This document shows positions 10,222-20,647 of a DNA stretch of 64,000 nt, one piece after another. The position numbers were made by a program, and so were the translations under genes. The notes below the pieces were generated by a model. It was not told where the DNA came from, made no database searches, and worked only from the letters and a program-made list of their open reading frames with translations. The stretch comes from Candidatus Latescibacterota bacterium (lineage in GTDB: Bacteria; Latescibacterota; UBA2968; UBA8231), in NCBI GenBank assembly GCA_965223905.1, contig CBDCXV010000001.1, positions 640,001-704,000 on the forward strand, read 5' to 3'. Numbering within the stretch: the first letter of the stretch is position 1; each line of letters begins with the position of its first letter.

Positions 10222-10467
10222 TTGGTTTTCGGATCCGGTTTGAGTGAGCCGGAAAGGTCGTCAGTTGTCGTAGTTGTGGCCTAGTTGGGTAGACCGTGGA
10301 GTCGTTCAACGCGTCCGCGTGCCAGGGCGTGGAGATCCTGCCGGCCTCCGCTCTGGCGGGAAAGGTCGGTGCAGGCTTGGACCGCGGCCCCTGGTCGGGC
10401 CGCCTTGTCTTATGAAAACAGGTGATCCTCAAAAGTCAGATTACCATGTCGGACCGATTGCATAAAA

Positions 10468-10659
10468 TTGCATGTCCTGCTCGAAAATCCCCTTGCCCTG
10501 AACCTGGCTGAGAGTGATGACATGATCCAGGCCGCCGACGAGGCGAAGCGTACACTCATGGTCGCGTATCCACACCGTTACCGCCAAAGCATGCGGGAAT
10601 TCAAGGAGGCGGTTGAAGGAAGGATGGGCGGTGATGGGCCGGCGACGAATTCGGGTTGA
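10468..10659 (+). pseudogene. Internal fragment of a Gfo/Idh/MocA oxidoreductase
   Basis: HVLLENPLALNLAESDDMIQAA…LMVAYPHRY matches the HVLxEKP region; the Rossmann N-terminus and the C-terminal domain are missing. Confidence 0.65.
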
Positions 10660-10791
10660 TCTGACGCAGGGCCTCGCCCTGGTGGAGTCAGCAGCGCGCC
10701 CGCTTCGGCTGCGCCGCGTTCGGCGTCGAACGGCCCCCCAGGGCAGTGGCAGCAGCCGGTGATGAGAGTGCCGATCCCCCACATCTCGCCC

Positions 10792-11718
10792 CTATCGAGG
10801 CATCACCAGCTTGTCCACGTCGCGCACGCACCACTCGTAGCGAACCGACCGCCCGGCCCCGTCGACCATCTCCGGACTGAGGATCTTGGTGCCAAAGGTG
10901 AGAGCGGTCGTCCCCTCCTGCCCCTCCTCCGAGCGGAAGATGTTCTCGTCGACGGCCGCTTCGGCCTCGGCCAGACTGACCAGTTCCCGCATCGGAAAGC
11001 GGCGTACGGCCGAATTGCCGACAAACTCCCTGCCCACCACGCCCCGCTCCTCCAGCATCTGCCCGAGGCGAATGAAGTCCGGATGCCGTGAGCCGTAATA
11101 CGAACCGCCCTCGCTCTTCGGCTGGTAGTCGGTCATGGGCTGGTCGATGAGGCTGCCGTCGGCCCGTCGCACCTTCGCGGTCAGCGGGATCGTCTGCCGG
11201 TAAGACACCTCACAGACCATTTCCGCGAAGTGGTGGCTCGTGGAGCTTTGATACGTCATGCCGCAAAGCACGACCTGCGTGTCGAGGGCCAGCATCACAC
11301 CGAAACTTGAACGCAGGTCGAACGACGACAGGGCCGGATCCACTTCAGTGATCACCCGGGCGCGGCGCCCGATCACCGCGAAGCTGTGGCGAAAAGCAGT
11401 GCTGCGCAGCGCCCCGGGGTGCAGGCGCACGGCCTCGGTGATCGCCCCCATCTCCGACGGGTCATGACGGGGATCGATGATCGGGTCGTCCTCCGCCTCG
11501 TGGCAGAAGGTGAACGCCGGCGCCACCAAGGTGCCGCGGGGTCCCAGAACTTCGAGAAACGCGTCCATCACAGTGGCCGCGCCGCCCTCGATTCGGCCGA
11601 AGGTGCGCATGGCGGTGTGAATGAGCACGACATCGCCCTGTTTCAAGCCGATGGCGTGAAGACCGTCGATGATTTCCTGTTTCGTCAGCTCGGTGGCGGT
11701 ATCGCTCTGGTCTGTCAT
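10792..11718 (-). CDS. AAC(3)/Antibiotic_NAT family N-acetyltransferase
   Basis: GLKQGDVVLIHT, GTLVAPAF, MGAITE and STSHHFAE (His/Glu dyad region). Confidence 0.85.
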   Translation of the reverse strand: MTDQSDTATELTKQEIIDGLHAIGLKQGDVVLIHTAMRTFGRIEGGAATVMDAFLEVLGPRGTLVAPAFTFCHEAEDDPIIDPRHDPSEMGAITEAVRLHPGALRSTAFRHSFAVIGRRARVITEVDPALSSFDLRSSFGVMLALDTQVVLCGMTYQSSTSHHFAEMVCEVSYRQTIPLTAKVRRADGSLIDQPMTDYQPKSEGGSYYGSRHPDFIRLGQMLEERGVVGREFVGNSAVRRFPMRELVSLAEAEAAVDENIFRSEEGQEGTTALTFGTKILSPEMVDGAGRSVRYEWCVRDVDKLVMPR

Positions 11719-11743
11719 GAAAGATTCCTGGCCGTTGCGCTCT

Positions 11744-13249
11744 CTAATCCACGATTGTAATCGAATACAGGTCGGCGTTCTTCAGGCGGATTCGCAGCTG
11801 TACCGTCTGCCCGCGCAATCCGCTGACGTCCGGCTTGTTCCGCCACACCGCCGGCGCCCGCAGGTGGTCGCCGCGGATCGCCCGCGCCTCGTCCATACCA
11901 TACCCGGACACGGTCTTACCATTGGCATCCAAAAGGGCTATCCGCACTTCGCCGTCCTCTGCGTCGCCGTTCACCGTCAGTTTACTGCCGCGCAGTTCGA
12001 ACTGCCTGGTCAGCAGCTCCCCCGTGCCCTCCCCATGCAGCGACGCGAACCCGTCGAGCCGCAGTGTTGCCAGCCCGGTGTCGACACTCCAGTTCCCGAT
12101 CTGCTCGGGCTCCGTCGCACCGGGCGTCGGACTGGTCCGGCCGCAGCCGGTATAGTATATCCAGATCCTGTCGTCGTGCACGAACGGGCGCCCGGCAAGC
12201 GAGTGGCACTCATCCCACGTTCCCGCAGCGCCCGGGGGGATGAGCGGGGCGTCGCGGCTGACACGCTGCCAGCCCTGTCCGTCGTCGCTGACTACCAGCT
12301 CAGTGCGGATCGTGCGGCATACGGCCGCATTCATCTGAATCGGCGGTCCAAGGAACCCCTGCCGGATGTTGCGGTCGACGATCTCCTTCCATTCCGCGCG
12401 CGAAAAACCGGGGCGGTTCCTGATTACCCACAGCATGCCGATGTGCGTGCCCCAGTAGTCGATGCCGGCCAAGCCGCCGAATTCCGTCCCGGGCTCGTCT
12501 TCCTCGTCATGGCCGAATACGAGATCCGGGGGCAGATCCCAATTGACGAAGTCGTCGGACTCCGTGCGCCCCACTACACGTATGCCGTGGCCGTCGGCGC
12601 TGCTGTACATCACCAGCTTCCCGTCCCTGCGGGCGATTCCGAAGGGCGTCCCGACCTCGGCATCGCCCGGCCACACGGGGTTGTCCGGATGCTCCGTCCA
12701 CTGGACGCCATCCGGCGAAAAGCCGACGCAATGCCCCAGCAGCCAACCATCCGGCTGGCTCGGATCCCGGCGGCCACCCCACCAGACCGCCTTGTAGCGA
12801 CGCGCAGGGTCCGCCTCCTTGTGGTCGATGATGACCGCCGGATCGTGCATCATGCAATCCGCCAACAACGCGATGTTGTTGTCGCTGCTGCCCTCGAATT
12901 CGACCTGCCCCAGAATCGGTTTCTCCCAGCGCACGCCATCCTCGGACAGGGCGTAGCACATGCACGATCTGTCATCCGGTCCGTAACAGGCGCCGCCCTG
13001 GTACCACGCCCTGAACAGCCCCTCGCCTTCATCGAAAATCACGAGCCCGGTATCCACGAAGGCGGCGTCCCGTTCCCACGGACGATCGGCGCGGATCACC
13101 GGGTTGCCCGCGTGTGGCTCCGCCTGCTGAAACTGGCGGGTCAGCCCGTTCATTTCAGCGATGAAGCGATCGTCGATGAACAGCTCCTTGCGCAAGACCT
13201 TTCCTTCCACCGCATTGAATGGGGACCACTCAGGCCCCGAAGGACTCAC
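11744..13249 (-). CDS. GH32/GH43-like beta-propeller glycoside hydrolase-like protein
   Basis: ELFIDD, NPVIRADRPWE, repeated SxDGxxW boxes, ATLRLDGFAS and C-terminal ADLYS beta-sandwich. Confidence 0.7.
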   Translation of the reverse strand: MSPSGPEWSPFNAVEGKVLRKELFIDDRFIAEMNGLTRQFQQAEPHAGNPVIRADRPWERDAAFVDTGLVIFDEGEGLFRAWYQGGACYGPDDRSCMCYALSEDGVRWEKPILGQVEFEGSSDNNIALLADCMMHDPAVIIDHKEADPARRYKAVWWGGRRDPSQPDGWLLGHCVGFSPDGVQWTEHPDNPVWPGDAEVGTPFGIARRDGKLVMYSSADGHGIRVVGRTESDDFVNWDLPPDLVFGHDEEDEPGTEFGGLAGIDYWGTHIGMLWVIRNRPGFSRAEWKEIVDRNIRQGFLGPPIQMNAAVCRTIRTELVVSDDGQGWQRVSRDAPLIPPGAAGTWDECHSLAGRPFVHDDRIWIYYTGCGRTSPTPGATEPEQIGNWSVDTGLATLRLDGFASLHGEGTGELLTRQFELRGSKLTVNGDAEDGEVRIALLDANGKTVSGYGMDEARAIRGDHLRAPAVWRNKPDVSGLRGQTVQLRIRLKNADLYSITIVD

Positions 13250-13303
13250 GCCTCCAAGGCGGTCGTCACTCAGTGTACTTCAATGTGAGCTGCCCGAGGT
13301 CGG

Positions 13304-14398
13304 TCAGGCCAGCCGCAGGCGCCAGTACCAGCCATCGACCTGGCAGAACAGGACCTTCGGCTCGACCTCGATGATCGTGGAGTAGCAGGAGCCCATCCCG
13401 GCGCCGATCTGCGCCACCCGCCAGGACTCGCCGGTTCCATCATCGTCGATCGCCAGGAGCATGAGGCCGTGTCCGGGGTATTTGAAGCGGTCGCCGTCGC
13501 CTCTCGCGTGCGACCAGCCCTCCGGGTACCGCCTTCCGTAGCTGACCGCCAGGCGGCCGTCGCGCAGCTTCAGAAGACAGGGATCGCAGCCGCGCTCGAG
13601 GCCCGTGTACAGCGGCACCGTCCAGCTCTCGCCGCCGTCCTCGCTCCAGCAGGCGTACATCGGCGTGTAGTGGCCTGACCGCATAAGGCAGAACAAGCGG
13701 CCATCATCCAGTTGTATCATGGTGGGCTCACCGAAGCCCTCGCCGATCGGATCGCCCTCCTCGGGTGCGGCTATGGTAGACTGATAGTCCCAGGTGCGCC
13801 CCTCGTCCACGGAGATGACGACGATAGATCGGCCCTGGTAGCGCGACTCGGTGCGGCTCCACTTGTCCGCTGGGGCCAACGTGTCTTCCGCCATGGTCCC
13901 CTCGACCGTGCACAGCAGGGCGCCGTCCTCTCTTCGCAGTATGGTCCGGTGGATGTAGAGGCCATACCACTCACCGGGAAAATCCTCTTTCGGGCGGGGA
14001 CCGTTCTCTATGTTGAAGGTGACCTCCTCCTCGTCACCTGCGCTGGCGGGGGTTGCGCCACGCCATGCCCGGACCCTGTAGCGCCCCGGTTCCTCGAAAG
14101 TCACGAAGGACTCGAGGCCCAGAAACAGCCCGGGCTCGCAGAAAACGGCCCCTTCCGGCACGGCGAGGACCTCATTGAAGATCCATCTGTTGCGCTTGAC
14201 GACGGTGCGGCCGCCGTCGGTCGAAACGGTCCCGTTGTGCAGGTAGATCGTCCCTTCCGTGTCTTCGAAGCAGGTCACCCAGCGATTGAGGCGCTGTCTG
14301 TCCTCCATCGATACGTGATCGTAGTGCAGTTCACCCTGGGGATCGTACTGACGGACTTCACCGATCCCGGCGACGATGGAGTTGTCTGTCTGGATCAT
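13304..14398 (-). CDS. Sialidase/BNR (Asp-box) beta-propeller protein
   Basis: Asp boxes STDGGRT, SVDEGRTW, SEDGGESW; EPTMIQLDDGRL and terminal YSTIIEV. Confidence 0.75.
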   Translation of the reverse strand: MIQTDNSIVAGIGEVRQYDPQGELHYDHVSMEDRQRLNRWVTCFEDTEGTIYLHNGTVSTDGGRTVVKRNRWIFNEVLAVPEGAVFCEPGLFLGLESFVTFEEPGRYRVRAWRGATPASAGDEEEVTFNIENGPRPKEDFPGEWYGLYIHRTILRREDGALLCTVEGTMAEDTLAPADKWSRTESRYQGRSIVVISVDEGRTWDYQSTIAAPEEGDPIGEGFGEPTMIQLDDGRLFCLMRSGHYTPMYACWSEDGGESWTVPLYTGLERGCDPCLLKLRDGRLAVSYGRRYPEGWSHARGDGDRFKYPGHGLMLLAIDDDGTGESWRVAQIGAGMGSCYSTIIEVEPKVLFCQVDGWYWRLRLA

Positions 14399-14453
14399 CG
14401 ATTGCCTCTCCCGGTTGGGATCGAGCTGTGCGCGGAAATAGAGGTGTTCTCGC

Positions 14454-14473
14454 GGAACGGCGGTTGCCGTTCC
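14454..14473. terminator. GC hairpin just downstream of the 14481..15740 gene (terminator or mRNA-stabilising stem)
   Basis: GGAACGGC-GGTT-GCCGTTCC, a perfect 8-bp stem; no clear U-tract. Confidence 0.3.
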
Positions 14474-14480
14474 CCCGCAT

Positions 14481-15740
14481 TCACGGGCGCGGCCGCCGCT
14501 GCCATTGCGGCCAACTCACCTTCCTGAGTTCGAAATCGTCCGGGGCGCTGAACGGCAAATCATACAGATGCACGGCGTACGGCGCGAAGGAGTCTTCGAT
14601 GACTCCGTCGGTGACTTCGACGAGCCGGTACTCGGAACGAACCGCTGCCCGCGGCGCGATGCCTTCCACCGGAACCCTGATGCGGGCTTTGACCGGCGAG
14701 TCGAACCCGTTGACGGCGATCAGCAGGTAACCGCGCTCCGCCTTGCGCAGCGACAGGTGCAGCGCCGTGTAGCCGAAGTGGGATGGGGCCGGGGACCCTT
14801 CGAATATCTCCGCCTCTACTGCTACGGGTTCTTCCCTGGCCACGAGATAGGGCGTCAGACCGCGCAGTTCCGCGGTCAGGTCCAGAAACTGCGCGTAGTA
14901 GGCCGGCTCCGACTCCCGCGGCCACCAATCGAGAGCGTGATAGGCGAAATGGATGACGCCGACGATGCCGTGCGCGATGGACAGGTAGGTCATGCAGCGG
15001 ACCTCTTCCATGTTCGGGGCGCGCTCCTGATCCGCGCTCTGCATCGACATCTGTATGTACATCCAGCCCGGCTTGCCCGCCGCGCCCTTGACGACCGCGT
15101 CGGAGTTCTGCGCGACGTGGGTCAGGGGATAGTCGGGAACGGGGTAGACGTCGTCGGAGTGGATGTCGGCCACATCCCGGTATTCCCGGTGGTCTTTTTC
15201 ATACCCGTAGGCAAGGTTGAGCCAGACCGGGTGCTCGGGATCGAGCCGTTTGATCAGATCGTACACTGGCTTGAAGTCTTCCGGGGGCATTTTGTAGGGG
15301 AGGTCGAGGTGAGGCGTTCCCTCCGGTCCGGCGGTGCGGATGTTGGGCTCGTCCTCCAACTCCCAGACCAGCAGACCGGGGGCGTCGCGACAGGCCAGGA
15401 CGATCTGCTCTGTCGTCTCGAGATCTTTCCAGATGCCGTTGCTGAGCGAAGCCAGCGAGTACAGCCCGTTTGCGTAGGCGTCGTCGATGTCCATGCGGAA
15501 CGACTGCGGGTTTTCCCGCAGCCCGTGGGTGACGACGGCGTTGAAGCCCATCTCCGCGGCTTCGGGCAGCGAATAGTGGTTGTGGGCGACATGGCTCGTG
15601 CCCACCAGGAAGAACGGCTCCCCGTTCACGTACACCTTTCCATCGCGGACCTCGACTCTTTCCACCGGCGGGGGTTGTTTGGCCCACGACGGCATGCCGC
15701 TAAGGCCCACGACGCAGAGGATGGTCAGCACTGGTCTCAT
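14481..15740 (-). CDS. Secreted GH-A clan-like TIM-barrel protein
   Basis: Signal peptide MRPVLTILCVVGLSG; VNGEPFF, MGFNAV, WELEDEP, DPEHPVWLN, DVYPVP. Confidence 0.65.
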   Translation of the reverse strand: MRPVLTILCVVGLSGMPSWAKQPPPVERVEVRDGKVYVNGEPFFLVGTSHVAHNHYSLPEAAEMGFNAVVTHGLRENPQSFRMDIDDAYANGLYSLASLSNGIWKDLETTEQIVLACRDAPGLLVWELEDEPNIRTAGPEGTPHLDLPYKMPPEDFKPVYDLIKRLDPEHPVWLNLAYGYEKDHREYRDVADIHSDDVYPVPDYPLTHVAQNSDAVVKGAAGKPGWMYIQMSMQSADQERAPNMEEVRCMTYLSIAHGIVGVIHFAYHALDWWPRESEPAYYAQFLDLTAELRGLTPYLVAREEPVAVEAEIFEGSPAPSHFGYTALHLSLRKAERGYLLIAVNGFDSPVKARIRVPVEGIAPRAAVRSEYRLVEVTDGVIEDSFAPYAVHLYDLPFSAPDDFELRKVSWPQWQRRPRP

Positions 15741-16183
15741 GGTGTTCCCTTCCCGGATTCCGAACGGCATGGAGCCTTTGGGCGAATCTGCGCGACTTCG
15801 CGAATTGGAGTGCGTTCATCAAGCGCTGAAAGGCCGCGCGCCATCCATGGGATATGTGCTCCGCCGCGGCCTGCGAGAGCGAGCGCGGACCTGCAGTGGG
15901 TGTCAGGTCCTTGATCGGGCCTTCGTTATCTCACAAAATCTCGACGCCCACAAACTACGCCAGGCGCGGTTGCATGGCACGTGAGGGAAAGGACGAGCTT
16001 TAAGCACGGCAGCCCGGCGGCAGAGGGACCGCCGGCGGTTCAACTTCACCAGCCATCTCGAACACGGAAGGCCCCTCGACAAAAGCGCGATGTATTCTTC
16101 GGGTACGAGGTGGGATAGCAGGTCGAGGCTGATTCCGCGGGCGGGACCCGTGAACCGGGGGAGCTCAACAGGAGGAGCATAAG

Positions 16184-17026
16184 ATGGACGCACGGAAGGT
16201 CACCATCCTGGACCTGCAGCAGATGAAGGTCGACGGCCGCAAGATCACGATGCTGAGCATCAACGACTACCCGATGGCGCTTCTGGGCGACAAGGCCGGC
16301 CTCGACACTATCCTGGTCGGGGACTCGCTGGCGATGACGGTCCTCGGGTACGAGACCACCGTCCCGGTCACGGTCGAGGAGATGCTGCACCACACAAAGG
16401 CCGTGACGCGGGCGGTGCGGCGCGCCTTCGTTGTGGGCGACATGCCCTTCATGTCCAATGCCCTCGAAGCCGACGCGGTGCTGAACGCCGGACGATTCAT
16501 GAAAGAAGGGGCTGTCGACGCGGTGAAGGTCGAGGGGGGACGGAGCGCCACACCGATTGTGGCTGCCATCCTCAGGGCCGGCATTCCGGTCATGGGCCAC
16601 ATCGGCCTGACGCCTCAGCACATATCCATGCTGGGCGGCTTCAAGGCCCAGGGCCGGGATGCAAGGCAGGCGCAGGAGTTGATCGACGACGCCGCGGCGC
16701 TCGAGGATACCGGGGTCTTCGCCGTTATTCTGGAGTGTGTTCCGGATGAAATTTCGCGGATCATAACGGAGCGGCTGGAGATTCCCACCATCAGCTACGG
16801 CGCCGGCGCCAGCTGCGACGGCCAGGGTCTGGTCGCGCACGATCTGCTGGGGATGTTCGAGCGCTTCACTCCGAAGTTCGTGAAGAAGTACGCCAGCCTG
16901 AACGATCACATCCTGCGCGCCTTCGAGGAGTACGTCGAGGAGGTGCGCGACACCCGCTTTCCCACCCACGAGCACGCCTTCCACATCAAACAGCGGGAGC
17001 TGAAAAAGCTGCTCGGGGAAGGCTAG
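16184..17026 (+). CDS. panB: 3-methyl-2-oxobutanoate hydroxymethyltransferase
   Basis: ILVGDSL, GDMPFMS, VKVEGG, MGHIGLTPQ, CDGQ; strong RBS AGGAGG. Confidence 0.97.
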   Translation: MDARKVTILDLQQMKVDGRKITMLSINDYPMALLGDKAGLDTILVGDSLAMTVLGYETTVPVTVEEMLHHTKAVTRAVRRAFVVGDMPFMSNALEADAVLNAGRFMKEGAVDAVKVEGGRSATPIVAAILRAGIPVMGHIGLTPQHISMLGGFKAQGRDARQAQELIDDAAALEDTGVFAVILECVPDEISRIITERLEIPTISYGAGASCDGQGLVAHDLLGMFERFTPKFVKKYASLNDHILRAFEEYVEEVRDTRFPTHEHAFHIKQRELKKLLGEG

Positions 17027-17106
17027 CCCGCGGCGCAGGACCAGCACGGAAGCTGCTGTTCCGCACTCTCCGCAACCGGCGAAAATCCGTCCAGGGAGTC
17101 CAGGCG

Positions 17107-18531
17107 ATGAAGGTTCTCAGCACACGTCGTATCACCAACGACCGCCGGCACAACGCCTTTACCGGCGCCTGCTGGTTCAAGGGAGATCTCTACGTGGGCT
17201 ACCGCCAGGGGGATATCCACTGGCAGGACGATTCCGGCCGAATCGTCGTCCTGCGCAGCCGCGACGCAGGGGTCACCTGGGACACGGTGGCGGTGTTGCG
17301 CGGCGACGACGACACGCGCGACGCCCACCTCTACACGGACGGAAGCAGGTTGTACTGCACCTGTCAGGTGGTGCCCAACGACAGGCACCCGGTACTGTCG
17401 GGACATGGAGTCACCGAGGACGGCGATCACTGGACCCCGTTCGAGCCGTTTGAAGGGACCTGGAACTTCGTGATGTGGCGGCCGGTATGGCATCGGGGCA
17501 AACACTACTGTGCCGGGTACAATCACACGCCTCCCTACGGGGCCCACTGGTTCGAGAGCGAGGACGGCCGCAACTGGGTCGACATGCGGACCATCAGCGA
17601 TTCTCAGGAGGACCAACCGGACGAATGCTACCTGGAAATCCTGCCCGACGGCACGGCCACGATGCTCATGCGGTGCGAGGGCGGACTGCAGAAACCCAAG
17701 CTGTGCCGCAGCCGCTACCCGTTCGAGAAGTGGGATATTCAGCAGCTGGACGTGCGCCTGACCGGACCGGCCTGCTGGACCGTCGACGGCCAGGTCTACA
17801 TCTCCGGCCGCTGGGACCCGATCGACATCCGCATACACGCAGAAGAGGACCACGCCGCCCACACGGGCGTCTTCAGGGTCATCGACGGCGAATGCTTCCT
17901 GATATGCGTGCTGCCCTCCGGACCGCACCCCGACAATTCGTACATGGGGGTAGCCCGCTGGCCGCACAACAGGCACCGCTTCTCCCTCAGCTTTTACAGC
18001 AACGCCGTCGCCAGCGAGGACCCGGCCCTCGATCAGTGGATAAAACCTGACATCTACGTGGCCGACGTGCTCTTCGGCGCCGACTTCATCGACGAGATGC
18101 TGGTCAGCGACCTTGTGGAGACCGGGCGAGGCCTGGAGGCGGCAGCGCTGCCGGTCCCCGAGGCGGGCGTCCTGAAGTTCCGCCCGGTACGTATACCGGA
18201 AGGGGGCACTCCCTACACCCCGGGGCAGAACTTCCTCGATGCCTCGAAGGTCATCGGCGGCCGCGGCGGACTCGTCTACTTCGTCAAGGACATCGAAGTC
18301 GGTCCGTGGAACCACGTCGACGTCCATCTCGGCTACGACGGCCCGGTGAGGGTGTGGTGGAACGGAGAGGAGGTTTTCGAGGGCCCCGGCAGCAGTCCCG
18401 CGGTACAGGACGCGGCGTCGCTGCGCCTGGAATCCAGCCACGGCACGAACCGCCTGGCCCTCGCCCTCGATACGAGGGGGGGACGAGCGCGCGGAATTTA
18501 CGCGCGGTGGGAACGGACCTGGGAGGCGTAG
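17107..18531 (+). CDS. Sialidase-like propeller protein with C-terminal beta-sandwich
   Basis: HNAFTG, SRDAGVTW, TEDGDHW, SEDGRNW Asp-box-like repeats and DNSYMG; C-terminal GYDGPVRVWWNG module. Confidence 0.65.
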   Translation: MKVLSTRRITNDRRHNAFTGACWFKGDLYVGYRQGDIHWQDDSGRIVVLRSRDAGVTWDTVAVLRGDDDTRDAHLYTDGSRLYCTCQVVPNDRHPVLSGHGVTEDGDHWTPFEPFEGTWNFVMWRPVWHRGKHYCAGYNHTPPYGAHWFESEDGRNWVDMRTISDSQEDQPDECYLEILPDGTATMLMRCEGGLQKPKLCRSRYPFEKWDIQQLDVRLTGPACWTVDGQVYISGRWDPIDIRIHAEEDHAAHTGVFRVIDGECFLICVLPSGPHPDNSYMGVARWPHNRHRFSLSFYSNAVASEDPALDQWIKPDIYVADVLFGADFIDEMLVSDLVETGRGLEAAALPVPEAGVLKFRPVRIPEGGTPYTPGQNFLDASKVIGGRGGLVYFVKDIEVGPWNHVDVHLGYDGPVRVWWNGEEVFEGPGSSPAVQDAASLRLESSHGTNRLALALDTRGGRARGIYARWERTWEA

Positions 18532-18594
18532 CGGGGTCGAGCCGGAATCTTCACGACGAGGTCCGTCAGTCCTGGATTCATCGCGCAACCGAGG

Positions 18595-20647
18595 TCAGAA
18601 GGAGCGCTGGTTCTTCGTCAACCAGGCAAGCTCGCGTTTCCAGGTCTTGCGCTCGGCCGCGTCCGTCTCGAACAGGGCCTGCGTCTTCTCGAGCACGAGC
18701 GTGAACGGCCTGCCGGTCCGGCGGGTCTCGTGGGTCACCGGCAAAGCGTGTTCAGAGATGATTCCGTGGATATGCCGGCGCTTCTGCTTGGCGAGGGGCC
18801 ACTCGAAAAGGGTGCGCTTCGGATTGACGAGGAACCGGGAAAGCTGCTTGCACAAGTCGCATCGGCAGTGCACGGGCGCGGGGATGGACCAGTCGTTCTG
18901 CCTGCGGGGTGGTTGGTCGAGGCGTGACTGGAGCTCCTCCATGCAGCGCCCGTGCAGCTCGCCCATTCCCAGCCCTGCCAGCGTCGTTCGCGGGCAGGTT
19001 CGCAGCGCGGTGCGAAGAAGGTGGGTCAGGGCGAGGACGGGGCCGCCGGCCGCGGTGACTGCGAAGCGCAGCATCGTGTCGTGAAGCTCGCGGCTGCCGG
19101 CGACGAGGCTGCTCTCCAGCAGGCCGAGGAACGGCTCGCAGTCCGCTTTCAGCACCTCGAGAGAGGACCAGGGGTCGGGCAATTCGCAGCCCTCTCTCCA
19201 AGGGAAACGGCGAGGTCCGGTTTCCCGAGCTGTTCGGCGACCAGCAAAGTGTTGATGAAGAAGGCCGGTCCTTTTTCGAGGTGCACGGAAGCCGGCCAGA
19301 AGGGCAGGACCTCCCCGGTCAGGGAGCGGGCCTTACCGGCGTCCCCGGATTTCAGCTTTTTCGCGATTTCGCCGATGGCCCAGGGCCCCGAGGCCTCGGC
19401 CCTCAGTGCGAAGCCGTGCCGACGAGGCCAGAGGACGACGGCGGCGCGGCGATACCAGCGATCGACCGTATCGCCCCAGTTGCCCATGTAGGGCTCGTGC
19501 TCGGAGTTGAACGGTCTCAGCTCGGCCGAGGGCTTCGTGTAGAAGACCTCGTGCTCGCGGACGTAGCGGCTCCCCCGCGGCTTTCCCCGCCCCACCCAGT
19601 GGCGAAGCTCGATCTCGGTGTCGATCAAATCCCCCAGGCTCGCGGAATCGGAGGGTTCCTCGTCTTCGTCCTCTTCCTCGTCATGGTCATGGTAGTACCA
19701 GCTTCTCCCCATGCCGTGGTACATCTCTCCCTCGTCGGACCTGGTCTCACGCACCTCCGCCAGGGCCAGGAAAATCTCGCAATCGAGCTGCGGGGCAACC
19801 TCCTGCAACGCCGCGGCGCGGGCGGCGTCCGCGTTCTTGAGACGCTGCCAGTCGAGTCCCCGCTGGGTGTTCCGATGGTCGAGGAGGTAGACGAAAACGC
19901 GGTACGGCTGGTCTCTCCACAAGGTGGGAGGGGGGGGGTCTCGAAGTACTCGCCGACCGCCCGGGTCAGCGGCTCGATCACGTCCGCCGCAGGGGAGGAG
20001 GAGACCCCGGCGGTGCCGCGTTCGGCCCGCAGGTTGTAGGTCAGAACCACCCGGTAGCCCTCCTTCACCGGCCGCACCTCGTGGCGGCAATCGGCGTAGA
20101 AGGCGATGAGGGTCAACTTCTCGCGCGAGCCCCTGAAGCTCACCTTCTCGTCGTGATGCTGCACCTGGATCGAGCCGCCCTTGTGATCCGAAGGGAGGAG
20201 GACGACGAGGCTGCCGATCATGCCGTCCTGCTTCTCGGTGTCCTGGTGGGGGAGAAAGAACTGGCCCGGCTCGTAGACCAGCATGTTGTGCAGCTCCGCG
20301 GACAGGCGGCACTCCTCGGGCAGCCCGAGGCCGCGGCGGATGCGCTCCAGCTCCGGGAGGAGAGTCTGCTTCCATTTGCGCTGGTCGATTTTGACCCGGC
20401 TGCGAGCGATCTCCCAGGTGTCGCGGACCCCGGGATCGAGAAGGGTCCGGTCTCCGAGGCCGTAGCGGGCAGGACGGGCGATACCGCACAACCGGCGCCC
20501 CCTGGCGCGGGTGACCGGCAGGCGGACGGGGCCGACGCCCCGCACTTCGAGGCGCAGTGCCTCGGGGGCGGCTGTGGTGCGCGTGGCGAAGGCGCCGGGC
20601 GGCCCGATCTTCGCCAGGAGGTCGGTCAGTTCGCGGTGCAGCTTCAT
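18595..20647 (-). pseudogene. 2OG-Fe(II) oxygenase family protein split over three frames
   Basis: LHNMLVYEPGQFFLPHQDTEK (HxD) and YADCRHEV…GYRVVLTYNL; frame change at the G-run near 19930 (continues VYLLDH…) and again near 19180 (continues …HCRCDLC…HETRRTGRPFTLVLEKT). Confidence 0.8.

Noticed and set aside
10792-11718. Calling this an aminoglycoside resistance gene
   Set aside because: Family membership alone does not show resistance; the context is chromosomal and catabolic with no mobile element.
15771-16183. Possible pan RNA motif or riboswitch upstream of panB
   Set aside because: Only generic GC stems are visible; I cannot match a consensus without a covariance-model search.
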